In this document: in pieces, positions 12,861-24,100 of the stretch
Numbering within the stretch: the first letter of the stretch is position 1
Layout: each line of letters begins with the position of its first letter
DNA from: the human T2T-CHM13v2.0 reference genome, Homo sapiens
Length of the DNA stretch: 64,000 nt
Strand: one strand, 5' to 3'
Assembly: GCF_009914755.1 (NCBI RefSeq)
Contig: NC_060944.1
Notes under the pieces: model-generated
What the model was told of the DNA's origin: nothing
What the model saw: the letters and a program-made list of their open reading frames with translations, nothing else
The model's database searches: none
Program-made: the position numbers and the translations under genes

Positions 12861-15800
12861 AGGATAGGCACATAACAGAAAGCTCAAAGGACAACAAAGC
12901 TGCACCTTCCTAAAGGCTGACCCTCAAAGCACCATTTTGTTAGAACTCAGAGGAGAAGCTCGATCTCTGAGCCTTCCCTCCTCACAGTTTGGGAAACATG
13001 CACAGGATGAAGGTAAATCCTGCATAGAAATCTTGTAATTCCAGAATTAGTCAAACAAATTTGAAATACACACATTTAAAAATACTTACATTCTCATTTA
13101 GCGTTCATGAAGTGATTACTGACATTTACAATTACATCTGACATCACAGAGCAAGCCTTTGCAGGGATCTAATTCAAGCTTAAGCCAAATCTATGCAAAG
13201 AACTTCAGCTCAGAGGAATAGTGGGCAAAATCTGCTGAAAAGAACTGCTTGCCACCTTGCAGATAAGAGCAACAGCACAATAAAGGGATTCCAGAGCTTC
13301 TACCTAAAATAGAAGGGCATTATCTACAAGAACAGACCAAAACACAATTTATTTTTAAACAAGCCCTTCAGTGAGTATTTGTCTCAGGAATCTAGTATGA
13401 AAATAGTGTCTTTGATTAGTGAATATATGGAGAATTCGGATTATCATCTCTATTTTTAGTTGAGAAAATGCACAAACCATATAGATTTAAACCATGGGTT
13501 TTGCAGCCGAAGTAGAGACAGATGTTTTCTGGGATCATATCTCAGATTCCCAAGCTAAAGCTATTGTTCAAGGTGATGGAAATATGTAGGGGGCATTAAA
13601 CCATTTTGCAGCTGCTAGAAAGCTGTGTTTTCCTGTTTTCCTGATTTAGACAATGGAGAAGCTAAGAAGAGAAATAATAGGAAAGGCTTTCCTATGTTAG
13701 TTTTAAAAAGACTGTGTTATTTTTAATTCAATTTTTTTTTGTCAAATCTCATCTCTGTTCTCCTAGTTTTCACAGAAATATTTACAGGAATAAAGGTTGA
13801 AACAAAAGTACCTAATGATCATCTCCATCCATCGAAAGATTGCTCAGGGATAAGACACTCAAACAAGGGCTTGTGATGAGGATGGAAAAGACAAAGCAAC
13901 TTGAAGAGAAAAAAAAATTCTTTTAAACTCAGTTCATCCTGCAAAATGGACATAACACATGCATATAAAGGTTTGACTTTTTAATTCCACTTTTTTGCCT
14001 GATCGCAGGGAAGATGGCATGTGGCTGGCCCTTCCTGAAGCCTTGCTCCTCCACCACTGGCTAACAGACAGGCCTCCAGGTGGCCTTGCAAGGCCGACAG
14101 TGACCGCAGCCCACTTCCCCACATCCTTAATCAGAGCCTCATGCAGTTCATCCCCACATTACCCAAACATAACGTCGTAGTGCTACACGTAGATGTGTTG
14201 CATCATGATGCTATGGCAATGACGATGACGCTTAGGTGTGTGGGCCACCGAAGGCAGAGACCAGATGTGGTTGGTCTTGCCTGGAAGCCAAGCTGTTGAG
14301 CAGGGGTGGAGTCCCTCTACAGAGGATGCTCACCAAGTTCTAATGCATTGTCGATAACTGTCCTGCCCTGGTTTTTCTGCATTCCTCAGATTATCTGTGG
14401 GAATTGTCCTCCTGCATCCTTTCTCAAATGACAAAGAAGAAAGAAAGAGCAGTGATGGCACCTGAAATTCAGGAATGAGTAGGCATGGCGAGCTGGGTGT
14501 GTGAGATGTTCTCTCTTTACATTGTCTGCTTTGAGATGTGGGATGAGGGGAGGGAGAGAGTTGGTCCTGAATATATTCAGTTTTTTCCAAGAGTCTCCCA
14601 GAATTATTGACCTATTTGGACAACAAATCTTCATTGTCTTGGTGTCCATCTCCAAGTGAAAACTTCCCCCGTCCCCATGGCCCTGGCTTGTTCTGCTGCT
14701 GAACAGGTCACCTGGGCAGAAACACTGTGTCTAGCGAGAAGTTAGCAGGTGGCAGGGTGCACCTCTCCCCATACTGTGACCCTTGGATTCCCCACTGTGC
14801 CACGCCCGAGCAAGCTGGGGCCCCTCAGGACAAGGACGATTTGTTAATGGCCTCTTGGCCGGTGGGCATTTGTTTACCCACTACTGTAGCCCCAAGATCC
14901 CCCAAACAAGAATTTCCATGCTTCAAAGTAACAGCAAAAATAAACAGGAGAATAAAGCACGTGTTTGAGCCCAGTGGTTTCCATCAGATGCACAACCTGA
15001 GCTGTCTGGTTGGGTTGCTGGCTCTCCCCCCGTGGTGGGAGTGGTGTGCAAGAGAAAGCACCACCCAGCAGGAGAGGGACCCAGCCTGCCAGGGAAGGTT
15101 TTGAGGAACTGGATTCTTTATCACCCATTTCTCCCCTTGTGGGTTCCACAGAGGGGTTCCATGACCTCCCTGTTGTTGAGAACAGGGCTGCATTCAGAGA
15201 ACAGACGATGGGCCTGGGCTGTGAGAGCAATCAGAACACTGTGAAAATAGGAGGGCTCGTTGGATCCCAGGAATCATACACAGACTGCGTTGGGGCTGTG
15301 GGAAGCCAAGGACAGAAATGTCTCCTTCACCCCAAATGATAAGGGCAAGGATTTTCAAGGCCCAGAGGGAGAAATGTTGCATTTGCATTTATTTAAGTGC
15401 TGATGTTGGTCAGCAGCGCATCCAGCCATGTCTTTAGAATCCTCTGAATGGCCAGACAGATGGCTGCTCTCCACACCACAGACTGCCCAGCTTCACACAT
15501 CACCTAGAGTCTCGTGGCCAAGGAAGTTTTGCCAAATGGACACAGCCTTTGTCTCCCTTAAGTGTTAAACACCAGAGTTCCAACTGAAAACTGGAGACCA
15601 TGAGATGACTTTAAAAAGAAGTTCCAAATGCCCCATCGAGCCGCACAAAACCTCCATCTTTCCTTTCACTTCCCCTGCCCCTTTAGTTTTCTATTAAAAA
15701 CAATCTGAACCATAGCATCTATATTTCAAAACTGGCAAGAGTATTAACCCTGCACCTTGTGGCCCTTCAACCACTCCAGAGTGTCACCTCAGAGACCGAT

Positions 15801-16010
15801 GCATTGCTAAGGCAAAACCAGAAACACCCTTTCTCTGAGGCTTTGGGGCCTTGGAGGGAGACACATTTCCTCTGTCTGTTCTCCTGCACAGTGGTGGTAA
15901 AAAGCCCACAGGAGACATGAGGCCTCCCAGAGATACTCAGGTAACTTCTAGTGACTCTGACCATCGGTGACCCCCAGGAATGTGTTCCAGTGCCCCAGGC
16001 AGAATGGTGC

Positions 16011-16065
<55 letters not shown>

Positions 16066-17426
16066 AAGAGTGCACACTATCGACTACATTATCATAGGGA
16101 GAAATATTTGCAAATGTAACTTTTAAAATGAGGATATAATTTAAATGGCTTTGAGCAGTTTTTGCTGTAAAAATGATTTTAGTTAGTCATCTCTTTCCCT
16201 CTTCCTTCCCTCCTTACCCCCAATTTTAAGGAAAAGAGACAGAGAACAAAAGTTCCTTAAGCAAACTGCCTGACTAGCTCCCTACTTGGTGTGTGCGCCA
16301 CCCACACTTCAGGATTTAAAATCTCAGGATGCTGCATCAACTGTGGACTATGAACTGTGCTAAAATGCTTTAAAATGACAACTTTCAAAACACAGTGCAT
16401 CATCTCCCGTTCACACATCCTTTAGGAAACAGCCTGATGGAACTTTCTGCAGGGCTTCCTCTGTCTGAGCTCGGAGCACTGGCATTCCGGGCAGGATGAA
16501 GTGGAGGCGGGGCCACAGGCAGGGTGTCTGAGGCCTGCCCTGGCTCAAAGACAGGTTGTCCTTGAATTTGTTTCCTTGTTAGTGTTGATCACATCCGTAG
16601 TCAAGTGTGTGGTAACCTCAGTACATTTGGATGAATTAATTCAAGTATCTGTGAACAAATCCCTGGCCTCTCTCGCCCTAGCCCCGTAGATTATGTGACT
16701 TCACAAACACCTGTAATGCACTTCAAGCAACTTTTCTCATATTTTTCAAGCTTCCTTTGCAAATAAACCCAAGGCTATTAGAAATGTAAGAACTAAAGAG
16801 GCACTTCCTGCCTCCTTGCCACCTAAGAGGTTAATTGCACTTCTGGCCATTCTGGAGGATGTCAACAGTATCACATTTAGCAAGACTTGTGCTGGCGAAA
16901 TGGAGGAATGCAAATGTAAAGAAATGTTTCCAGTCCGAACATGTTCCCTTTGACCAAAAAACCAGATCTTCTTACCTAATTGAATAATTAATTGATTTAG
17001 TTTTCATCCTAGGAAGAGAAACAAATCATTTCAATCCTAATCAGCATGAGCAACTCACCTTTTCCTCTTAGATGGTGGAAGTGAGCAGAGAAGATATTCA
17101 GGGGAGCCCCTTAGCCCCGGCCTCCTCACACCCTGATCCGGAATTGGTCACATTGGAATTTGAAAAGGGAGGGGGAGTAACAATCATTATAGAGTCACGA
17201 AATCCCCACCGTGGCACGCCAACACACAGCTTCCACTTCAGGAACATCAAACACCCGTAGAAAATACCTGCATGTTCCAAGGGGCCTTTAAGGAGGAGAC
17301 TTACAATTGTTTGCTAAGATTCCAGTCCAGTCTTTCAAAAAAATGTGGGTGCCCCTTTGGAATGGGGAGTTCAAAGCTCTGAGGATGGTGGCTGGTGACT
17401 CTAGTGTCTCTAGGGCCACCTCACTT
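12835..17426 (-). other. CD93: CD93 3' UTR (~4.6 kb; 3' end approximate)
   Basis: Runs from the stop codon to AATAAA at 12855-12860. Length fits the known ~6.7-kb mRNA. No Alu or L1 seen inside it. Confidence 0.85.
16017..16064. repeat. Compound (TG)15(AG)9 microsatellite in the CD93 3' UTR
   Basis: Direct reading. Confidence 0.95.
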
Positions 17427-17451
17427 TCAGCAGTCTGTCCCAGGTGTCGGA
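17427..17451 (-). CDS. CD93: CD93 coding exon 2 (completes Ser645, then PTPGTDC-stop; 652 aa total)
   Basis: Acceptor tgtctgttttgtttcccatag| followed by T CCG ACA CCT GGG ACA GAC TGC TGA. Phase matches exon 1 (1934+25=1959 nt). Gives the known C-terminus ...ENQYSPTPGTDC. Confidence 0.97.
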
Positions 17452-17735
17452 CTATGGGAAACAAAACAGACAGCGTTGGAAGCCATGGCGCCTCTGTGCC
17501 TGCACGTCCCCACCTTGGGAGAGAGCCCCACGTGCGGCCGTGCTGCAGATGGGCAGTATGCTCTAAGGGGGCCCGAGTGCCTGGCGTGGGGGGAGGTTGA
17601 GGGGTCAGCTGCAAGGACCAGGGTGTGTCTGCCCACAGGAAACCTGGGCCTGCTCTTGCTGCCACCTCTTTGTACTGTAGTCAGTGCCCCCATGCCTGCC
17701 CATCCCCTCCCCCGGTCACTCAGGGCCCCCTTTAC
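17452..17735 (-). other. CD93: CD93 single intron, 284 bp, GT-AG, phase 2
   Basis: GTAAAG donor and pyrimidine tract plus TAG acceptor read on the minus strand. GC-rich. Confidence 0.95.
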
Positions 17736-19669
17736 CTGTACTGGTTCTCCATGGCCCTGCTCTCAGCTCGCTCTGGAACCCAGGAGTAACTGTCTGCCGC
17801 ATTCTGGGGCTTCTTCTCCTTCTTCTCCTCCCTCTTCGCTCTCCGCTTGCGATAGACCAGTAGCCCCAGAGCCAGGGCCAGCAGGAGTAGGATGGCCACC
17901 ACGGTGCCTAGGATGTAGAATAAAAGCAGCTTTTGCCCGTCAGTGCCATCGTTGTTTTGTGTGGCCACGGAGGAGTCCCCACCTGCAGGCTCCTGGGGGC
18001 CAGAGGCAGCTGTGGCGTGATGGATGCTGGGCTCCCTCCAGACGCCTGGGGACCCACTGGGGGCCAGCATCTTGAGTGGGGCAGATGTGATGGGGGCGTC
18101 AGATGACAGCGAAGGTCTACTTGTGGTGGGTGTAGCCTTGGGGGTGCCCTCGGGGCCCCTTGTGGGACTGGCTGTTGCAGCACGGGGCACGGTGCTCCCT
18201 TCTTTCTCTCCTTTGTCCTCCTCATCGGGGGGCCCAGATGGTGGTCCCAGAGACACAGGCCCCATGGTGCAAGAGACCCCATTTGGGGCCAGCACCCAGC
18301 CTGGCAGGCAGCCACAGTGGAAGGACCCTTGTGTGTTGAAGCACAAGCTGTCGCAGAGGGGGCCCCCCGGGCCCACACACTCATCCACGTCCTGGCACTG
18401 AGTCCCGTCCTCCCCGGCCAGGACGTAGCCCTCCTCACAGGAGCAGTGAAATGAGCCATCTGTGTTGGTGCAGCCCTGGGCGCAAGGCGAGCGACCCAGA
18501 GCACACTCATCCACATCCTGACAGGCCCCCTCTCCAGGACCGCCCGGCTCATAGCCAACCCAGCATTCGCAGCGGAAGCCCCCAGGGGTGTTGACACACT
18601 CCTGGGCACAGGGGGAGTCCTGGCATTCATCCACGTCCACACAGTCCAGCTGACTCGAGTCCAGCTGGTACCCTTGGGGGCAGCGGCACGTGTAGTTTTT
18701 CCCATGGGGTCCCAGGACGCACGTGGCCCCCCCACGACATGGGCTGGAGCTGCAAGGGTTTCGAGAGGCACAGGTCACCAGGTCATCCAGCAGCCGGAAT
18801 CCTGGTCGGCAGCCGCAGAGGAAGGAGCCATCCCCCCCTTCAAAGCAGTCCTGGTGGCAGCCCCCATTGTTGAAGTTGCAGCCATACTTGGGGCTGACAC
18901 AGAGGGGGCCCGAGCTGCCCCAGTCGAACACATCGGGGGCCTTCTCCTTGCACAGGAAATAATGACTCTGAGTCTCGTCCTTGTCACCTTCCCCACAGGC
19001 TACATTGGCCGCAGAGGCAAAGGGCACAGCCTCCAAGGAGGAACTGGTGGTCTGGAAGGGGGTGGTGTAGGTCACCTGACCTGGGCCCCCCAGGGCCAGA
19101 GGCCGGCACATGCCTTTGAAGCTGAACTTGCACACGAAGCCCTCAATGTTACTTCCGGGGGAGCCTGGGCTCCCACACGGGCCCTCAGACCACTTGGGGA
19201 GGCGGCTGGGAAGGAGCGGCTGGGACAGGTCCAGCAGCAGAGACACACAGCGCTTGGAGATGCACGAGTTCCGGAGCTCCTTGTGCCAGTTAGAGTAAGG
19301 CGTGTCCTCCCCCCCGCCCACCCAGCTGAAGCCCTTCAGCGGCAGACTAGGGTCCAGGCACTTGCCCTTCTCTCGCTGGAGCCCAATCCAGAACTTGCTC
19401 ATCCTCGCCGTCAGGGCTGCCTCCCGCCTCAGGAGCTGGGCCAGTACTCGCTGGACGTGCTGGGCCTCCTCCTTGCTCTTCACAGTGGCCAGGTTGCCCC
19501 CGTTCTGGTTGCAGTGGTTCTGGGCCTCGGCAGCGCTCAGCTTGCCCGAGTGGGCCGTGTAGCAGGCGGTCCCCACGCAGACCACCGCCTCCGTGTCAGC
19601 TCCCGTCCCCGCCCCGGGCTGGGTCAGGAGCAGCAGCAGCAGCAGCAGCAGGCCCATGGAGGTGGCCAT
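17736..19669 (-). CDS. CD93: CD93 (C1qR1/C1qRp, group XIV C-type lectin) coding exon 1, codons 1-645 (codon 645 split)
   Basis: ORF 17732-19669 reads MATSMGLLLLLLLLLTQPGAG (signal peptide), a C-type lectin domain (WIGL motif), a sushi-like region, five EGF repeats (three Ca-binding DVDEC type), a Ser/Thr/Pro mucin stalk, TM (LLLFYILGTVVAILLLLALALGLLV) and a basic juxtamembrane tail YRKRR. Start context accgggATGG is strong. Exon ends at donor TACAG|GTAAAG (17736|17735). Confidence 0.99.
19631..19651 (-). repeat. CD93: (CTG)7 coding trinucleotide repeat, poly-Leu of signal peptide
   Basis: cagcagcagcagcagcagcag on the + strand. Confidence 0.95.
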
Positions 19670-19900
19670 CCCGGTCTCTGTGTGGCCCTCTGCGGGAGGC
19701 GAGAAGCCCAGCGGCGACAGGAGCTTCTATCTCGGCTCCCAGCTGGGCCCCAAGGGGAGCTGAGGGGTGAGCTGCAGCCACTCCGGCGCAGAGAAGGACA
19801 CAAAGGCTGAGGGCTTTCCACGTCCCCCTGACCCAAGGCGCATCCTGTACTGTTGTACTTCTTATTTCTCACCGGATGTTGGGGCTTCCTGCAATGAATA
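19670..19900 (-). promoter_or_regulatory. CD93: CD93 5' UTR (TSS about 19815) and proximal promoter
   Basis: GC/CpG-rich leader with no upstream ATG between 19670 and 19817. ETS sites ACCGGATGT (19871-19879) and CAGGAAGC (minus strand, 19884-19891). SOX-like CAATG adjacent. No canonical TATA. TSS position inferred from recalled mRNA length. Confidence 0.7.
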
Positions 19901-20709
19901 GTTCTCTGACTCCTGCTGCCTTCATCACGGTGCTGTTGTTCATAAAAGGAGTCAGGCAGCTCTGCCGGGTCCCTGGCTCAGCACTGTGGAAACAGCGACG
20001 GGGGGAAGACGTTACAGCCCCGAGATACTGCCGGCTTGATTTTGGCTCCATTCTCTTTCTCATGGCATGAGGAGCCTCGGAGGCATGCCATGGAGTGAGC
20101 AGGGGCTTTGGGGGCTAGGAACTCGAGGAAGCTCCCTTAGTAACCCATAATAAAATTCCACTTTGGTTTGCAAACCACCAAAAGAGAAAAAAAAAATTCT
20201 GAGACTTAAGACACAAGGCCATGGATGGTTATAATTTTCAGCCTTTTTTAGAAGCAAACTGGACTTTCCTTTTGCCTAGCTCATGTTCTCTGTTGACTTT
20301 GGGAGCCTTTTTTCTTTTATCCTCCCATCGTGAACCTTAAATAGACAGGCATTTTTTAAATAGGATACGGGTCGTGGGAATGTCTGGGTTTTCAACATAA
20401 TGCCAAGCTCCTCGATAATGTTAATCCAAATTGGGTGAAATTTGGCAGTTCTGGGGGTTTCATAGTGGAAATATTGCATTGTGAGGTGTCAGGGTCACAA
20501 AAAGCATCAGAAAGAAAATGAAAATGTGTCCGGCCTCGTGGCGCAGGGCTTGCAGGCTCACTTCCCCCGGCTCAGGATTCCTAGCAAGGGCCGGAAATCT
20601 GGGCAGGGAGCGGGAATCGAAGCCCGGGCAGGCCCTCCCGCGACACCGCGACTCGGCAAAAGCCAGGGACTCACAGTGTGCTTTTCCTGCAGCCACAGAC
20701 CTTTGCTCA

Positions 20710-20953
20710 TTGGTTGGGATCCCCCAGGAGGGGACCCTGAGACAGGATTTGGGGAGACTAGTTTATGTGGGAGGGGAAGTGAAACAGACAAGGAGGAAGC
20801 CAACCCATGATGACTTGCTGAGAAGGTGACCCTGGGCTGCTGGAGCCAGTGCCAGGAAACTCTGGGGGCCTGAGGGGACCACACCTCAGCACCATCTCAG
20901 CTGAGGGAGAGGCTCCACTGCTCTCCAAGTCCCCTGTCATTGGTAGCAGGCTG
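20710..20953 (-). mobile_element. ERVL LTR fragment (LTR33/LTR16-like)
   Basis: gaccctgagacaggattt...gtttatgtgggagg...ggaagtgaaacag...gaagccaa...gtcattggtagcaggctg resembles the antisense of this LTR class. Confidence 0.55.
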
Positions 20954-21130
20954 TATCTCTCACTTTGAGAGACTGACTATAAATTCTAGCCCTGCCCAGT
21001 GACCAGGGGTCTCTCTCACATAAAACTTGTTTCTATGGACAGACACCCTTGTGGCTCTCGTCTGACCCATGTCCAGTTTATTCCTATCAAGACAGCCACT
21101 TCCTAAGAGATCCCTGATGGGAGGAGAGTT
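20953..21130. mobile_element. LTR fragment (MER54/MER74-like)
   Basis: cttgtggctctcgtctgacccatgtccagtttattcctatcaagacagccac. Confidence 0.4.
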
Positions 21131-24100
21131 GGGTTGGGGTGTGGGTCAGGGGAGATGCAGGAGGCAGCACAAGAAGACACAGGAAGCAACACAAGCACCG
21201 TGTCACTTACAGATCCCAGGGAGAGGGCAGTGCACCCCACGGGGCCAGCAAAAAGTGGGGAGCTGTCTGGGTCACAAACACTCACCTGGAGGGGGGTGAA
21301 GGGAGAGAGAGAGACCTGGGTCCTAAGCCTTTATTGGGGTCCAGGACGTTTCCCAAGCAGGTTTCCCAAGGGGACTTCTCACTGGTGGGTTTAGAGCAAA
21401 CAGACACGGGCTCCGTGGGGTCCCTGTGGCTGAGAGGTGGGCATGGCAGCATGTCTGGGAAGTCCCTGTGGGGTGTGGAGTCACTGAGACCATCAAATGG
21501 GCTGTATCTGCCTGTCCCACAGGGAAATGGTCACCAGGAGGTGGGTGTACAAGGCAGATATCTGGGTTGGCCGCATTGAGGAACTGGGAGGGGGTGGAGC
21601 CCTAGACACCGTGTCAAGAGCAATAAACCCTGCTTCTGGTAGGAGAGGGTCCAAATTAGATTCAAAATGGATGCAATGCACAATTATAAGAATTCTCTAC
21701 ACAGCGGCAACTCTTTGGTGCTCTGCACTGACCGTGAGGGCCCCAGGGGAAGAAGCGCCACGGTGGAGAACACAGTGAACGCCTGTGGACCCGGCACCAG
21801 CGACCACCACAGTGGCCTCCATGGAGATGTTGAGTTGTCCCGGGGGCTAGGAGCTCGCTGGCTCCCCAAGGGACAAGGAGGCATCTCTGACTCCAGCTGG
21901 ATACCTCCTAAGAATGTGCCTTAAGTCCTTGCATTTTAGCAAAGATATTTGAGACATTTTGGGAACTCTCCATAGAAGCCACCAGACCCTCCCTGTGCCC
22001 CTTCATTCATCCATCTGTTTGTCCATCCACCCATCTAACATTTGTTGATTAAGACCCTGCTATGCACTGAGTGAGGCACTGGATTCCAGGAGGGGATCCC
22101 TGCCTCTGTGATCCTGGAGTCCTGTTAGAGTGGACAACTTTGAACAAGTCACGGCACTGATGGCTTTATTGCAGGCAGCACAGGGGAGCGGGGAGGTCGT
22201 GGTTGATACAGGGGTGGCATCCTGACTGGGGGATGGGCAATTAGGAGAGACTCCTCTGGAGAAGACAGGCAGTCAAGCCGGAATCTAAAGGAGAAGCAGC
22301 TCAGATGTGGAATGGTGTCGGGATGGGGGAACAGCATGTACAGAAGCCCTGGGGACAGAGAGTGAGTGAAGGGCAGGGAGACCAAAGCCCAGGCAGTGGG
22401 AGGGAGGATGCAGGGGAAGATGGAGCCCTGTGAACCCCAGTAATGAAGGCTTGAGGCTTCGTCTTGAAATCCACGGGGAAACACTGAGGGCTGGCATGAG
22501 GCCTACATGTGGAAGGGGACTGGTCAGTGGACCCAAGCAGTGGGTGGGGGGGCCCTCAGCAGGTGGCCGCAGGTTTCCAGGCTGTGGAGTCCAGGTCAGA
22601 TGTTCTCGGGGCTGGGTGGAGGTGGGGGGAAGGGCACCGGGCACGCAGAAGGACTGCATGGCTCCTGCCGGGAGCTGGGGTCCTGGAAGGCTGTGTCCGC
22701 TGGAGGTACCTGGTTCTGAGAACACAGGGGATTGCCTCTTGGGGCTCAGGGTCTCCCAGACCCCCTGTCCTTGTGACCTGCCTCCTCGGGACGCTAAGTG
22801 TGCCACCAGAGCTGGGTAAGCAGCCAGCTGTGAGGGGTCCAGGGAAGGCTGGTGTCCCTGGCTCCCAGTCAATATAGCTGGCCATGCATTTGAGTTTGGC
22901 AAGGGTCAGTCTTGTTCTCTGCTTGGGAGAAGCTTCATTTCTAAGGGTTTATTTACAAGCAGGTAACTTCTTAACATTCTGTAAAATCAATTCTGCAGCC
23001 CTAGCATCCACTCATAGCAGGGAGCCGTTCTCGTGGTCTAGGCCCCTGTTTGTGCAGCTCGGAGGTAGATTCCTCAGAGGTAGATTGTGATCTGCAGCAT
23101 TCGCTCAGCATTCTACTTAGTTGGTGCTTAAGGATATGGGCTAAATGAGTGACTTTCAGCATGTTAGCCACTCTGACCCCCAGATCTTTGTCAAGATATC
23201 TTCTTTAGCTGTAAGTTATTCATCTTCCATGTGGGAACTTTCAAACCAATTACTGTTCACTTAGCCAAGTGATGACATCTTAAAGAAGAAAATGAACTAG
23301 CAAGACATATACTCTGTTTTTTATCCATTAACCTTGGAAGTATTTGTAAAGCACCAACAGTGAGAAAGACTATGTAAAATGCAGAAACTGCCTTGCCCTG
23401 GGGGTCCTTGGATTTTACTTTATTATTTTCAGTAACTTGGTTAACTCAGCCCCACTTCTCATCTATAAATGCAGAGGTGGGAACAGGGCCTCTGGAAACT
23501 TTCTTGCTCTAACATTAATAAAAGTGAAATCATGCTTAACTCTCCCCTCTGGAATTAGGGAGAAAGCAAGTTGGGAAGAGAGTGGACACTGAGACCATTG
23601 CTGAGCCCTCGACATACTGCACATGTAAGCAAACCTCTGTCTAAACTGCACACACCCAATTTCATCCCAAATTGACCCGCTGACTGCCAAGACACAGGGT
23701 AGTTTCCTATTCCTTGTCCCCCACATCTGACTTCCACTGTGTCCCTTCACCCTTTGGCTGATCCCTGCTGGGCTCAGGTGGGTTAATTCACCTGGGACAC
23801 TTACAGCTAGGTTCTCTAGCTCCAGCCCCGCCCTTCTGTGTCCGCTCCCACCTATAGGGGACGCTCCTTAGAGGCTGTTCAGGGGATTCGTAGAGGCTGA
23901 GGGCATGGTGCTTCGACCTCAGGGGAGGATGAAGAGCTTGCTTTTCCTGGGAGGGATTTGGTGGAGTTTTACAAAGAATTTAAGATAGTCTGAATGCAAA
24001 CTTTGAGGGAATTCTGCACCTCACATACTAAATTCCCCATGGATGGTGTTTCATCCCATTTTATTTAGAGAGCAGATTATACCAGACCTCTCCAAGGACC

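Noticed and set aside
17732-17735. ORF-track C-terminus ...QYR-stop taken as the real CD93 end
   Set aside because: It is read-through into the intron donor; the canonical protein is spliced to SPTPGTDC. Kept only as the intron-retention hypothesis.
17908-18771. 287-aa alternative-frame ORF within CD93
   Set aside because: Low-complexity Pro/Ala/Trp composition from GC-rich codons, and initiation would lie far downstream of a strong start codon.
18674-19810. 378-aa antisense ORF and other + strand ORFs over CD93 exon 1
   Set aside because: Expected shadow ORFs of a GC-rich coding exon. The poly-Q is just the reverse of the CTG run, and there is no domain signal.
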